From positions 39,765 to 103,764 of the forward strand of contig BTVI01000005.1 in assembly GCA_045862955.1 (NCBI GenBank): 64,000 nt of DNA. Direction: 5' to 3'. This DNA is from Fimbriimonadales bacterium (GTDB taxonomy: Bacteria; Armatimonadota; Fimbriimonadia; Fimbriimonadales; JABRVX01). This document shows, piece by piece, positions 50,123-60,761 of this stretch (its first letter is position 1; every line of letters begins with the position of its first letter). A program made the translations under genes and the position numbers. Below the pieces are notes generated by a model. The model saw nothing but the letters and a program-made list of their open reading frames with translations. It was not told the origin of the DNA and made no database searches.

Positions 50123-52081
50123 TTACGGCATACCGGTCAAGCCGAAGTTGACGAGAATGATATTTAGGTCGGCCAGGGTGACGGTCCCGTCCCAGTCCAA
50201 GTCTCCCGAACCGCTCTCACCGATGCGTGTCAGCACCAAGTTCAGGTCCGTCAGATTCACCTGGTTGTCGTCGTTCGCGTCACCGTTCACAAGGTCGAAG
50301 TTCAGCGTCGTCGTCCCTGCGACCGACACACCAACCTTCACTTCCCGAAGCCAGTTCGAGAACTTTAGCGCGACGTCGTAGGTGCACGCAGTGGTGGAGG
50401 CCGTGTAGTTGCCGCCGCTGTCCAGCACGATAGGCACGCTGTCCAGCACGATCGACGTTCCCGGCTGTCGAAACTCCATCACTGCGCTTTGCCCAGCCCC
50501 GCCGAGATACTGTTGGAGCGTTACCTTGCCGGTCACTTGAGCGGTGGAGGAGCTCAAGCCGACCGTCATGTCGTAGGTGTTCTGCGTCCCGCTTGCGAGG
50601 TAGACGCGAATGAAGAAGTCGCGTGCCGGCGCGTTGTTGTGGAAGTTAACGGTCTCCGAGTTACCGGTCGACCTACTGAAGGCGACGGGCGAGCCGCCGC
50701 AAGCGTCGTACACTTCGAGATCCACGTTGCCATTGGCATGAGTGAAGCTGAGCGAGACGTTCAGTGTGCTGCACGATGGAACCGTGATGCGATACCAGTC
50801 TTCGCTCGTGTTCTTGACGATCAGCCCGGGCCACGTGCCGGGTGTCACCCATGCTGCGGCCCCGCAGGTGTCATTCGGCTCGAAGTCGTCGTCTTGCGGA
50901 ATGAGTGACTGAATCGCCGCACTGAGATTGATTCGTCCCTTCGCCACCCAGTTGCCGACGTATACGCAGGTGTTCTCGAGAGCGTTCCTCACGATCTGGG
51001 CGTTCGCAAGGCTCCTCGAGCCGCCGATGTAGCTGTAAAGAAGTGCTGCGGCTCCAGCCACGTGCGGCGATGCCATCGAGGTACCGTCCAAGTACGAGTA
51101 CGAGCTTCCCATCGTGGAGTAGATGCTGACACCTGGTGCTGCTACATCCACCCAACTCGATCCGTAGTTGGACCAAGATGCGCGTGAGTCTGTGGTCGTA
51201 GAGGCTGCCGTTGCAATGCAGTTCGTATACGCTGCAGGATAAAGTTGGTTGGTGACACCGTCGTTACCCGCTGCAGCCGCGAGCACCACACCATTATTCC
51301 AGGCATTGTTTACGGCGCTCTGGAGTGTGCTACTTCCCGAGTAGGAGCCGAGGCTGAGGTTGATGACCTTGGCACCGTTGGTTGTCGCATAGTTGATCCC
51401 CTGGGCAACCGTAGAAAGCGACCCGGACCCACCTGAGCTCAACACCTTAACGGCCATCAGCTTGCAGTTGAAACCAACGCCAGCGATGCCCACACTGTTG
51501 TTTGTCGCTGCAGCGGCGATGCCGGCGCAGTGGGTGCCATGTCCGTTGTCATCCATCGGATTGCTGTCGTTGTTATAGAAGTCGTAGCCACCCACATACT
51601 TGCTCGAGAGGTCTGGATGATTGTAGTTGATGCCGGTGTCTACGATGGCGATGACCGTTCCCGCATCGCCCTTGTGAACGTCCCAGGCGGCCGGGCACCC
51701 GATCTTCTGCGGCCCCCACTGCACCCCCCAAGAAGGATCGTTGGGAACGAAGGTAGCATACACAACGCTGTCCGGTTCTGCAAAGCGCACGATAGGGCTC
51801 TTAGCAAGTTGCGCGATCTTCGCCATGATATCCGTCTCTACCGGATACTCGATCATCACGACCCGGATCTCCGGCATGTAGAGCCCGACTGTGCCCCCTA
51901 AGAGCCGCATCCCTTTTTGCGGCGTCGGGAGGGAGACACCCTCCTTCAGCCCGACGAGCACTCTGCCCTTAATGAAGGGGTTTCCCTCGCGGTCGAAACC
52001 GATGGGGCCAGGCAGATCTGCCTGCGCCAAGCCGACGCTCAGCGTCACCAGAAGCGAGAGGAACGTCACGCAAAACCTCAT
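50123..52081 (-). CDS. Secreted S8 subtilase + PPC domain + dockerin-like C-terminal tail
   Basis: Catalytic DTG/HGTH/GTSM motifs, DDFEPND..EDWY..VDLEVYD, and GDANDDNQVNLTDL...GDLDWDGTVTLADL. Confidence 0.93.
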   Translation of the reverse strand: MRFCVTFLSLLVTLSVGLAQADLPGPIGFDREGNPFIKGRVLVGLKEGVSLPTPQKGMRLLGGTVGLYMPEIRVVMIEYPVETDIMAKIAQLAKSPIVRFAEPDSVVYATFVPNDPSWGVQWGPQKIGCPAAWDVHKGDAGTVIAIVDTGINYNHPDLSSKYVGGYDFYNNDSNPMDDNGHGTHCAGIAAAATNNSVGIAGVGFNCKLMAVKVLSSGGSGSLSTVAQGINYATTNGAKVINLSLGSYSGSSTLQSAVNNAWNNGVVLAAAAGNDGVTNQLYPAAYTNCIATAASTTTDSRASWSNYGSSWVDVAAPGVSIYSTMGSSYSYLDGTSMASPHVAGAAALLYSYIGGSRSLANAQIVRNALENTCVYVGNWVAKGRINLSAAIQSLIPQDDDFEPNDTCGAAAWVTPGTWPGLIVKNTSEDWYRITVPSCSTLNVSLSFTHANGNVDLEVYDACGGSPVAFSRSTGNSETVNFHNNAPARDFFIRVYLASGTQNTYDMTVGLSSSTAQVTGKVTLQQYLGGAGQSAVMEFRQPGTSIVLDSVPIVLDSGGNYTASTTACTYDVALKFSNWLREVKVGVSVAGTTTLNFDLVNGDANDDNQVNLTDLNLVLTRIGESGSGDLDWDGTVTLADLNIILVNFGLTGMP

Positions 52082-52253
52082 AATCTACACCCTCATTTTC
52101 TCTGCTGGGCGACCCAATGGTATCGAGGCGCCCGCCTATTGCCGGAGCCGGCGACAACTCGAACGGACGCCGGACCAGCAAGTATTTGAACAAGATCGAT
52201 GCCACTCGGGTTCCTCATGCGATGTTCCTATAAGACACACCTGGACCAGGGCA

Positions 52254-52283
52254 GAGCGGGCGGCTCGTGCGAGCCGCCCGCTC
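52254..52283 (-). terminator. GC-rich hairpin after the trypsin-like gene
   Basis: GAGCGGGCGGCTCG-TG-CGAGCCGCCCGCTC. Confidence 0.55.
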
Positions 52284-52301
52284 GACTATCCAAGGCACGT
52301 C

Positions 52302-54410
52302 TTACGGCATTCCAGTCATGCCGAAGTTCACTAGGACGATGTTCAGGTCTGCCAGCGAGACGATCCCGTCCCAGTCCAGATCGCCGGAACCGGTCTCACC
52401 GATGCGGGTCAGTACCAAGTTCAAGTCCGTCAGGCTTATCTGGTTGTCGTTGTTCGCGTCACCGTTCACGAGGTTGAAGTTGAGGGTAGTCGTCCCTCCG
52501 ACGAATACGTTGTACTTCACCTCGCGCAGCCAGTTCGAGAACTTCAGCGCCACATCGTACGTGCACGAGGTGGTGGGCGCAGTGTAGTTACCGCCGCTGT
52601 CCAGCACGATGGGCACACTGTCTAGCACGATGGACGTTCCCGGCTGCCGAAACTCCATCACGGCACTCTGGCCAGGCCCGCCGAGGTACTGTCCTAGCGT
52701 CACCTTGCCGTTAACTTGAGCCGTCGAGGAGCTGATCCCGACTGTCATGTTGTATTGGTTGCGGGTGTCACTGGCCAGAAACACTCGTAGGTAGAAGTCC
52801 TGCGTCGGACCGACATTGACGTAGCCGATGCTCTCGGAGTTGGATTGCGTGCGGCTGGACTCGAGAACGTTACCGCCACATGCATCGTACAGCTCGAGGT
52901 CGATGTCGCCCCATGCGTGGGTCAGACTCACCGAAACGTCGAGAGAGGCGCATGCCGGCAGCGTGATTCGATACCAGTCCTCGCCAACGCTCTTCACCAC
53001 CAGGTTGTTGTACGTGCCTGGGCTGAGGGAAGCTGCGTTCGCGCACGAATCGTTGGGCTCGAACGCATCGTCACTGCCCGACTGCAGGTACGAGGAAAAA
53101 CCGCCTGAAGAGTAGGCGGTACTGAACTTGCCGAAGTAGTCGGGGGCAGTCGGGGTCTCACAGAATGAACCTCCGCAGCAGAGATTTCCTACCACCAGTC
53201 CCGATGCTGCGAGCAGCAGCGCGCTGCCCGAAGAACCGTAATCGGTCACGCCCCCGTTCGTATTCCAAGTGACGCGATGCGAGGTGGGCCCTGAAGCGTT
53301 GCCGGTTTTCTTGCCGAAGGAGATGCGCTTCCAACTACCCTGAGGATGCTGGATGCACACGACGTCGGTGTTGATAGGGGGATCGGTGGTCGTCCAGCCG
53401 AGCCACGCAACGCCTGTCGGTACCGTTCCCTGCAAGAGTAGCAGGGTCGAGTCGGCTGTCGAGTAGGTGCGAACGAGATTGGCATAGCTGGCATACTTAC
53501 TCGTCGCGAAACTTCCCCCACAGGTCGTGCGCTGGTAGAAGAACCGCGCAGATACCGTCCTCGCAACGTTGTCCGTACTAATGCAGTGGTTCGCGGTGAG
53601 AATATACGGCGTGTAGTCGCTTGCGGCAGTATTGATGAGTTGGGCGCTACACAGATACGTCCCACCATCCGTGAACGTAACATAGTGGCAGGCATTGCGT
53701 AGCGTCATCCAAGGCTCCCCGTAGCAGGCCGAATCGAGCCAGCACGAGTCGTCGGCAATCGAGACATCGTCCCACTCTCGAAAGATGTCGCGGTAGATGT
53801 GCTGAACTTCGTCTATGCCGAATGGCAGACGCTCCGGGCGGACGGGGCCCGGGCTGAAATACTCCACGCACACCATGTTGCCGACGACGTCCGGCGTGTA
53901 GAACTGCCCCTCGTCCCAGGGGCCGCGACCGTAGAACAACTCGAGGCACTCGAGCGGCCGGTCCGGTGGGAATACCGCGAGCTCTGCACCGTCTGGCATG
54001 TTCACGTAGACGAAGTGCAGGCGCAGCCCGTAGGCGCCCTGGGCGCGGATGGCGGTGCTCCACACCCAGCCCTCGTCTCCGGCCCGCCTCCACTCGCCCT
54101 GTTCGGCGGCGATGCCCACCGGTCTCGGCACGCCGACGCGCAGGGCCTTGCACTTCGAAGCGTTCTCCTCGTCCTCCAGCTGTAGCGTGAGCGAGTCGAC
54201 GGGGCCCAACTCGTGCCACTCGGAAGCGAACGGCCCCCCGAGGCCGAAGCGTATGCTGGGCGGTTCGGCCGGCGGCTTCGCGTCATACGGCGAACGATGG
54301 TCTACGAGCAGCGGCGCTCGCTCGGCCACGGCCTTCGCTCGCTGAGCGGGCGCGGCGGCAATCAGAAGCACAGCCGACAGGGCTGCGCACATGCAGGGAG
54401 TCACTCTCAT
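52302..54410 (-). CDS. Secreted trypsin-like (lysyl endopeptidase-type S1) protease + PPC + dockerin-like tail
   Basis: LTANHC, DSTLL, HPQGSWKRIS and GSSGSAL. Tail is highly similar to that of the neighbouring gene. Confidence 0.88.
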   Translation of the reverse strand: MRVTPCMCAALSAVLLIAAAPAQRAKAVAERAPLLVDHRSPYDAKPPAEPPSIRFGLGGPFASEWHELGPVDSLTLQLEDEENASKCKALRVGVPRPVGIAAEQGEWRRAGDEGWVWSTAIRAQGAYGLRLHFVYVNMPDGAELAVFPPDRPLECLELFYGRGPWDEGQFYTPDVVGNMVCVEYFSPGPVRPERLPFGIDEVQHIYRDIFREWDDVSIADDSCWLDSACYGEPWMTLRNACHYVTFTDGGTYLCSAQLINTAASDYTPYILTANHCISTDNVARTVSARFFYQRTTCGGSFATSKYASYANLVRTYSTADSTLLLLQGTVPTGVAWLGWTTTDPPINTDVVCIQHPQGSWKRISFGKKTGNASGPTSHRVTWNTNGGVTDYGSSGSALLLAASGLVVGNLCCGGSFCETPTAPDYFGKFSTAYSSGGFSSYLQSGSDDAFEPNDSCANAASLSPGTYNNLVVKSVGEDWYRITLPACASLDVSVSLTHAWGDIDLELYDACGGNVLESSRTQSNSESIGYVNVGPTQDFYLRVFLASDTRNQYNMTVGISSSTAQVNGKVTLGQYLGGPGQSAVMEFRQPGTSIVLDSVPIVLDSGGNYTAPTTSCTYDVALKFSNWLREVKYNVFVGGTTTLNFNLVNGDANNDNQISLTDLNLVLTRIGETGSGDLDWDGIVSLADLNIVLVNFGMTGMP

Positions 54411-54507
54411 GGCAGCAAACCTCTTCCTTGTCCCGAGTAGCCCGAAATCTGGGGGCCGAATCAATAAACAGGTGCGAAAGAAAGCGGTTCCCAACAGGTG
54501 GGCGGGC

Positions 54508-56040
54508 TCACAAGAGGCCGTGGCATCTTCCTAGCCAGAATGCCAGGAGCCAAGCAGCTCCGTCCTCCTCCATCGTTCCGTCGCCTCCTCCGTCGGCAAC
54601 GTACGGGTTGGTGTTCCAGCGGTAGACGGGTCGCTCGGACGGGGACAGCACCGTGGTCAGTTGGCGCTTGCCGAATCGATCGGGCATTGGATCGAACTTC
54701 ACATCTGTCCGAAAAGAGTTCCGGCATTCCCAATCGCGCAGGTCCCACGGCCACTCCTCGAGCGTCCTGCGCGCATCGGCGATCAGGCCTTCGTCACGTT
54801 CGATGGCGGCAGCGATCAGATTGAACAACGAGCACCGCTCCGGTCGCTCGATCTCTATGCTGCGCCGGAGGCTCTGTAGCAGCAGCTCCCGGTTCTCACC
54901 AGGCGGAAGAAGCTGTGCGAGAGAGTAGTAGGCCAAGAAGGCAAGTTGGTCGTCCGAGTGGTTTACCTCGAAGGGCGGCAACATCTTCTGTGTCAGCGCG
55001 TTGCGCATGTATCCGTGTTGCTCGATGAGGTGCTGCATGGCCTGGTAGTACGTCTCATTTCCGCAGAGCAGGTGCCCGACTGCGAGAAATGCGAGGATGC
55101 AAAGCGAGTTGAGGCCGCGTTCGTGGTCCCACTCCGGGTCTTCATTCAGACTACTCGGGCGGAAGTTGGCCCATCTCGTTGGCTGACCGCCGGGCCCGAT
55201 CAAGCGGAGGTCGTTGTGCAGGAGATGGTCCAAGATGCGGCCGCACGTCACCGCGGTCTGTTCGCGATGGCGCCCCTCCGGCATCAAAGTCCAGTAGACG
55301 TGATAGGCAAAGAAGTGACCGGAGAGTTCGTCTGACGAAGTGTCTCCCTTCCACCAGGAGCCTGGAATCGTCTCGCTCTCGAACCATTCGCCCTCGTTCC
55401 AAAGTACGTTTGCAGCACCTCTTCGGACGAGACTCCGCGCGGGGAAGCCGGGGATGCCCGTCGCCCGCTCCAGGCTCAGCAGAGCGGCCATCGACTCGTC
55501 GGCGAGTCGGGCAGCATCGGGGTCGGCGGTGGAGGCAAAGCGGAAGCACTGCGCGGCCACGTAGAGACCTGTCCACAGGCCGTCGTTGTCCACCGAGCGG
55601 TAGAAGTGACCGGGCTCGCCACCGGGGCAGAGCCTGCATCGTGCAACGAAGCCGCCTAGGGTGTGTCGCTCTTCAGTAAGGCTTTGATAGTGCTTCGCCT
55701 TCAGCTCTAGGGTCATCGGGCGCCGCTCGATTCGCGACCAGCCGGAATCCGTCCTGAGCCAGACGTCGAAACCGTCGAACCGGAGTTCGGTGACGTGGTT
55801 CGCAGGCAGCCATCTTCTGCCCCAGAAGCAGCGCCACTCGCCAGCGGCATAGCGAGCGGCCCCGTGTTCGCCGGCCACCCACACTTCGCCTAGGGGCCCG
55901 TGAGCGGCTACGTCCCAAGTCGGAAGCGGGCAGCCCGGGGGCACCTCCACTGGGGCAAGCGGTTGCTTCGGCGGCGCTTCGGGCAGGGGGTAGTGCGCGA
56001 TGTCCTGGAGGAACGTACCCGAAGCGCCGCCTGCACTCAC
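54508..56040 (-). CDS. Hypothetical protein, probable alpha/alpha-barrel (six-hairpin glycosidase-like)
   Basis: DNDGLWTGLY..FRF, GIPGFPARS, WKGDTSSDE and NHSDDQLAFL. Function not assignable. Confidence 0.65.
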   Translation of the reverse strand: MSAGGASGTFLQDIAHYPLPEAPPKQPLAPVEVPPGCPLPTWDVAAHGPLGEVWVAGEHGAARYAAGEWRCFWGRRWLPANHVTELRFDGFDVWLRTDSGWSRIERRPMTLELKAKHYQSLTEERHTLGGFVARCRLCPGGEPGHFYRSVDNDGLWTGLYVAAQCFRFASTADPDAARLADESMAALLSLERATGIPGFPARSLVRRGAANVLWNEGEWFESETIPGSWWKGDTSSDELSGHFFAYHVYWTLMPEGRHREQTAVTCGRILDHLLHNDLRLIGPGGQPTRWANFRPSSLNEDPEWDHERGLNSLCILAFLAVGHLLCGNETYYQAMQHLIEQHGYMRNALTQKMLPPFEVNHSDDQLAFLAYYSLAQLLPPGENRELLLQSLRRSIEIERPERCSLFNLIAAAIERDEGLIADARRTLEEWPWDLRDWECRNSFRTDVKFDPMPDRFGKRQLTTVLSPSERPVYRWNTNPYVADGGGDGTMEEDGAAWLLAFWLGRCHGLL

Positions 56041-56054
56041 CTATCGAGCCGCCG

Positions 56055-57236
56055 TTAGCTGAGGTTCTCCACGATGACCGCCAGAGCCTCGCCGCCACCG
56101 ATGCAAGGTGTTGCGAGACCGAAACGGCCGTCATGCTGCTTCAGCGCGTGGATGAGTGTGACCAAGAGCCTGGCTCCGGTCGCCCCGATTGGGTGGCCCA
56201 GCGCGACCGCGCCGCCATGCACGTTCATCTTGGCCCGGTCGATCCCGAGCTTGCCCGAGACGGCAAGCGCCACCACTGCGAACGCCTCGTTGATCTCGAA
56301 GAGCGAGATGTCGGAGAGCGTCATATCCGCTCGCCGGAGTGCATGCTCGATGGCGCCCGCGGGGGCGGTGGTGAACCACTCGGGCGCTTGGGCGCAGCCG
56401 CCGTGGGCCACGATCCGGGCGATGGGCTTGGCGCCCAGCTTCTCGGCTGTCTCGGCGCTAGCAAGCACCAGGGCGGCTGCACCATCGTTGATAGAGCTCG
56501 CGTTCCCGGCGGTAACGGTGCCGGTAGGTTCGAATGCGGGCTTCAAGGTGGGCAGCTTCTCCAGGTTCGAGCGGCCAGGCTCCTCATCGGTGTCCACCAG
56601 GATGGGATCGCCCTTGCGTTGCGGGACTGTAACCGGCTCGATCTCTTCGCGAAAGCGACCTTCTGCGATGGCGGAGAGAGCGCGCTCGTAGCTCTCGATG
56701 GCGAACTCGTCTTGTGCATCCTTCGAGATGGCGAACTCGCGAGCACACAGCTCGGCGGCATTGCCCATATGGAAGTCGTTATAAGGGTCCCATAGCCCGT
56801 CGTGCACCATCGTGTCCACGATAGTTGCGTTGCCCATTCGGTAGCCCGTGCGCGCCTTGTCCAAGGCATACGGTGCAAGGCTCATACTTTCCATGCCGCC
56901 CGCGACGACGATGTCGGCGTCTCCGCATCGAATGGCCTGCGCTCCCATGATCACGGTCTTCATTCCGGAGCCACACACCTTGTTCACCGTGGTGGCGGGC
57001 ACGTGGTTGGGCACTCCTGCCCCGATGGCGGCCTGGCGGGCGGGGGCTTGCCCCAGGCCACCCGTAAGCACGCAGCCCATGAACACTTCGTCCACCTTGT
57101 CCGGCGGCACGCTGGCCCTCTCGAGTGCCGCACGAATGGCGGTGGCACCCAGCTTGACTGCGGGAACGGTCCCAAGCGATCCGAGGAAAGACCCGATCGG
57201 CGTCCTTGCCGCGGATAGCACTACAACGTCTCTCAT
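56055..57236 (-). CDS. Acetyl-CoA C-acetyltransferase (thiolase)
   Basis: RTPIGSF, NKVCGSG, NEAF, GHPIGATG and CIGGG. Confidence 0.96.
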   Translation of the reverse strand: MRDVVVLSAARTPIGSFLGSLGTVPAVKLGATAIRAALERASVPPDKVDEVFMGCVLTGGLGQAPARQAAIGAGVPNHVPATTVNKVCGSGMKTVIMGAQAIRCGDADIVVAGGMESMSLAPYALDKARTGYRMGNATIVDTMVHDGLWDPYNDFHMGNAAELCAREFAISKDAQDEFAIESYERALSAIAEGRFREEIEPVTVPQRKGDPILVDTDEEPGRSNLEKLPTLKPAFEPTGTVTAGNASSINDGAAALVLASAETAEKLGAKPIARIVAHGGCAQAPEWFTTAPAGAIEHALRRADMTLSDISLFEINEAFAVVALAVSGKLGIDRAKMNVHGGAVALGHPIGATGARLLVTLIHALKQHDGRFGLATPCIGGGEALAVIVENLS

Positions 57237-57374
57237 GTCGGTTTCTCCCTTCCCTGTGCTGCCCTGACCCCGTTGACAGGGCTCGCAGACATTGTACAGG
57301 TCGCGCGCTCGTGTGGCCAAGGGGAGGCCCGGCATGCAGAACGAGTAACGAAGAGTAAGGGGGTATTAGAACAG

Positions 57375-57450
57375 TGGTGCCGCAGACCGGGCTCGAACCG
57401 GTGACACCTGGATTTTCAGTCCAGTGCTCTACCAACTGAGCTACCGCGGC
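57375..57450 (-). tRNA. tRNA-Phe (GAA)
   Basis: GCCGCGGTAGCTCAGTTGGTAGAGCACTGGACT-GAA-AATCCAGG...GTTCGAGCCCGGTCTGCGGCACCA. Confidence 0.97.
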
Positions 57451-57456
57451 ACCGTA

Positions 57457-57534
57457 TGGCGCGGACGACGGGACTTGAACCCGCGACCTCCGGCTTGACA
57501 GGCCGGCGCTCTAACCGAACTGAGCTACGCCCGC
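57457..57534 (-). tRNA. tRNA-Asp (GTC)
   Basis: GCGGGCGTAGCTCAG...GCCGGCCT-GTC-AAGCCGG...GTTCAAGTCCCGTCGTCCGCGCCA. Confidence 0.97.
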
Positions 57535-57616
57535 GTGTTGGCTGTTGCTCGCCGCTCGACCCGAGGACGCCCCTCAATCCCGCCTACCCGGGACTGCCAA
57601 GAGCGCGGCACCGGCC

Positions 57617-57691
57617 TGGTGGGCGAAACAGGATTCGAACCTGTGACATCTTCCTTGTAAGGGAAGCGCTCTACCACTGAGCTATTCGCCC
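57617..57691 (-). tRNA. tRNA-Val (TAC)
   Basis: GGGCGAATAGCTCAGTGGTAGAGCGCTTCCCT-TAC-AAGGAAG...GTTCGAATCCTGTTTCGCCCACCA. Confidence 0.97.
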
Positions 57692-57706
57692 GAACGAGCA
57701 GCGTGC

Positions 57707-57735
57707 ATTGTGGCACGGAATCCGTTCCATGTCAA
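57707..57735 (-). promoter_or_regulatory. Putative sigma70 promoter of the tRNA cluster
   Basis: TTGACA-17 bp-CACAAT, 15 bp upstream of tRNA-Val. Confidence 0.75.
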
Positions 57736-57790
57736 TGAAGCCCGCGCCCCATTGATTGTTCCGGCGAAGCCTGTTTCGGCGCGGTCCTAC

Positions 57791-58348
57791 CTACGGACCG
57801 GAGCGGCGCCAGAGGGCTTTGCGGAGGGTCCGGAACATTCCATAGCACCCCAACACGCCCAGTCCGATCAACGACAGGAGCGCAGCCTGCCAGTACCCAG
57901 CCAGACCCGCTGGCAGAGCATCGCGGAAACGTGCCAGCAGCCCCTTGCCGGATGGGTCGCTCGCCGCCTGTCCTGCGGTCTTCCACCAACTGGAGCCTAG
58001 GGCGGAGGCTTCGTTCCAGAAGCCCGCGAAGCCGCCGGGGAAGAAAAGGTAGATCATGGTGACGAACAGCGTCGGGAAGCCGAGGCCGCACACCCAGCCG
58101 GCGATGCGATTGCGGCGGATTCGCGCCGCCTCACAGCGGACTCTGAACTTGACCTTATCGGCCAGGTCGGCAGGCGGCTCCGGGACGGGCACGCGTTCCA
58201 GTTCCTCGACGAACGCTCTCGCGCGTGCCAGTTCGGCTGCGCAGCTCGTGCAGGCAGCGATGTGCATCGAGAAATCGGGGGCCACGCTCGGCTCCAGTCG
58301 CTCCTCGATGGCCGGTTCCAGCAGTGCAAGGGCCTGTTCACACGTCAT
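57791..58348 (-). CDS. Zinc-finger (zf-HC2) membrane anti-sigma factor
   Basis: MTCEQ...HIAACTSC (HxxxCxxC) and two TM segments; overlaps the sigma stop by 4 bp. Confidence 0.88.
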   Translation of the reverse strand: MTCEQALALLEPAIEERLEPSVAPDFSMHIAACTSCAAELARARAFVEELERVPVPEPPADLADKVKFRVRCEAARIRRNRIAGWVCGLGFPTLFVTMIYLFFPGGFAGFWNEASALGSSWWKTAGQAASDPSGKGLLARFRDALPAGLAGYWQAALLSLIGLGVLGCYGMFRTLRKALWRRSGP

Positions 58349-58935
58349 CTTGCTAGCTCCTCGGTAGGAAGTGGGGTCGGGCTGAGAACGGCGAGCTCTC
58401 GCCGAAGCATGGCGCGAGCGCGGAAGAGCCAGCTCTTCACGGTGCCTTCCGGCACGTTCAGTAGATCGGCAATCTCCTCGACATCCATGTGCTGGAAGTG
58501 TCGGAGAACGATGATCTGCCGGTACTTTTCGGGCAGGTTCGCCACGGCTCGGTGCACGGCGCGCTCGCGGTCCTGTTCCAGCACCTGCTCCTCGGCAGGT
58601 GGCGCTGGGTCGCGGAGGGTGTGCTGGTGTTCTTCCAGCGGGTCCGGCGCTCTGCTGCGGGCTCGGCCAATGTCTATGGCCACGTTCGCACAGATCTTGG
58701 AGAGCCACGGCCTGAGAGCCCTCTCCGTGTTGAACTCGGGCAAAGCGCGATAGGCCTTCACGAAAGTCTCTTGGACGGCATCCGACGCGTCCTCCGAGTT
58801 GCCCAGCATTCTGTAGGCAAGCCCGAAAAGCGCCCGGTAATGCATGTCCACGAGCTCGTCGAAGGCCCCGGTATCGCCTCTTGCAGCCCGTCGGATCAGC
58901 TCGGCCTCGGGCGGGCAGGTGACTTCGAGTTCCAT
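58345..58935 (-). CDS. ECF sigma-70 factor
   Basis: GDTGAFDELV, DAVQETFVKAY, WLSKI and EEIADLLNVPEGTVKSWLFRAR. Start may be 58953. Confidence 0.93.
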   Translation of the reverse strand: MELEVTCPPEAELIRRAARGDTGAFDELVDMHYRALFGLAYRMLGNSEDASDAVQETFVKAYRALPEFNTERALRPWLSKICANVAIDIGRARSRAPDPLEEHQHTLRDPAPPAEEQVLEQDRERAVHRAVANLPEKYRQIIVLRHFQHMDVEEIADLLNVPEGTVKSWLFRARAMLRRELAVLSPTPLPTEELAR

Positions 58936-59126
58936 GCGACTTCTCCGTAGCATTACGCCGGCACGCCTGGCCGGGTTGCGGCCCATCGTGCTGGATTCGA
59001 GTGAAGAGGCAGCCCGGACCGGCAAGCCGTATCGGATGCTACCCCGAAGACAGGACGAACGGACGGCCGAACCCGAGGGTCGCGGCCGCCCGCCGTTGCG
59101 ATGGGGCTCTGTTTGTAGCAGGGCTG

Positions 59127-60761
59127 TTACTTGAGGCTGAAGGCGTAGAACCAGGACTTGTGGTAGCCATCGCTGCCGAACGCGCCCTGGAAGCCGAATG
59201 CGACCCCCGCTGCCGTCGGCATGGTCGGCAGGGTGCTGGTGACGGTACCGTTGATGCTGGGCCGAAGCATGTAGTAGTTCAGCCCGAGCGTGGAGCAGAA
59301 GGCGTAACCCACGCCGTCGGTCGAGAAAGTCCAGATGTAGGGCGGGGCGTCGGGTTCGTCACGCGTTGCCACCGCGAGCGACCCCAGCGCGCCCGAGCCC
59401 GGGATGGGAATGGTCGGGTATCCCGCCACATTCGCGCCGGTAATGAGGTCGAGCCCACGGATTACGCGGTCTTCACATAGAATGAACACGCTCCTAGGTC
59501 CCGCAGTCACGAGGTCCACGATGGGAGACTGCTGGGGAAGGAGCCAACGAAGCCTCTGCCCGGCCACGCTCAGACTGCCCACTTGGTTGTCGGCGGTGCG
59601 GAAGGCCAAGTACGAGCCGAGGTCGTTCAGCTGCAGCCGGCCGACTATCGGGCTGTCGGCGACTCTCAGCTGCCATCGCACTGCGAGGTCGGTCGTGTTG
59701 AGACACGCGATGCGGCCGGTCGACGTGCCCACGAAGACGTTCCCGTTGATGGCAACAGGCGGCGTGGTGGCGACGAACGGAATCGAGACGGACTGCGTCC
59801 ACACGCCCTGGCGGGTCACCTTGTGGATGCGGTTGTCCGCGGTGAGCACGATGAACTGCGGACCATAAGCAACGGGCTCGAACACCACCGGTGCAAGGTT
59901 CACCGGCCGGGTGATTAGCGTAGACGGCGGCGAGCCTGCGTCCAACGGGGACGTGTCGACAATCAGTAGGCGTCCATCGTCCAAAGACCAGGCCATGTGA
60001 ACGCCGGAAAAACTCGGGCGACCGACGGGGAAACAGTTGATAGGGTATCCCGTCGGCCACAGCTCGCCCACTTTGCCGATGAACAGGTTGCCGTTTACGC
60101 CGGCGAGATAGGCATAGCGGCCGTCCGCACCGACAGCGTGGACACGCTCGGCCTGGCTGCTCCACTGTTGCGACGCGACCCAGTCGTCCGCCCTGCGGCC
60201 TGCGACCACCACGTCGCTCCAGGAGATCGAAGACATCGAGCCCACCTCTCCGGTGCCGAGGGAAGAGACGGTGGCCACGCCGAAGAGCCCGTCGCTCAGC
60301 ACATTGGCGTTCGGAGCGCGGAACACCACCCTGAATGTGTAGCTCTGCCCCCGGTCCAGTTCCACGGTGTTGTCCTGAATAGGTCCGCCTTGCGAGTTGG
60401 TGATGCACCCTGCGTATTGGGACTCGCTCTGCCACCATTCGAGATTTTCCGACGCGAAGGAAAGACGGAATCGGTCCAGTCCGTTACCAGTGTTCGTGAA
60501 GGTGGCAGTGACGAACGTATTCGTCGCGGCGCCCCAGGTGCGCCAGTTGTTTTCGGGGACGATCTGCCCGGTGACCCCATACACCTGACGCACGACGCAA
60601 TACGCCTGGGGAGAATAACTGTTGAACGTGGAGCCCTTGGCGTCGCGATACGACGCGGACGCGTAGGAAGACAGAGCCACGTGTGCGGGAGCCATCTGCG
60701 CCTGACAGGACAAGGCGCAGCCCATCGCCATCAATGCCCAAAGTGGCAAAACAGACCGCAT
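59127..60761 (-). CDS. Secreted protein with Ig-like N-terminal domain and PQQ-like beta-propeller
   Basis: Signal peptide, [13 protein letters not shown], and [24 protein letters not shown]-type blades. Confidence 0.7.
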   Translation of the reverse strand: MRSVLPLWALMAMGCALSCQAQMAPAHVALSSYASASYRDAKGSTFNSYSPQAYCVVRQVYGVTGQIVPENNWRTWGAATNTFVTATFTNTGNGLDRFRLSFASENLEWWQSESQYAGCITNSQGGPIQDNTVELDRGQSYTFRVVFRAPNANVLSDGLFGVATVSSLGTGEVGSMSSISWSDVVVAGRRADDWVASQQWSSQAERVHAVGADGRYAYLAGVNGNLFIGKVGELWPTGYPINCFPVGRPSFSGVHMAWSLDDGRLLIVDTSPLDAGSPPSTLITRPVNLAPVVFEPVAYGPQFIVLTADNRIHKVTRQGVWTQSVSIPFVATTPPVAINGNVFVGTSTGRIACLNTTDLAVRWQLRVADSPIVGRLQLNDLGSYLAFRTADNQVGSLSVAGQRLRWLLPQQSPIVDLVTAGPRSVFILCEDRVIRGLDLITGANVAGYPTIPIPGSGALGSLAVATRDEPDAPPYIWTFSTDGVGYAFCSTLGLNYYMLRPSINGTVTSTLPTMPTAAGVAFGFQGAFGSDGYHKSWFYAFSLK

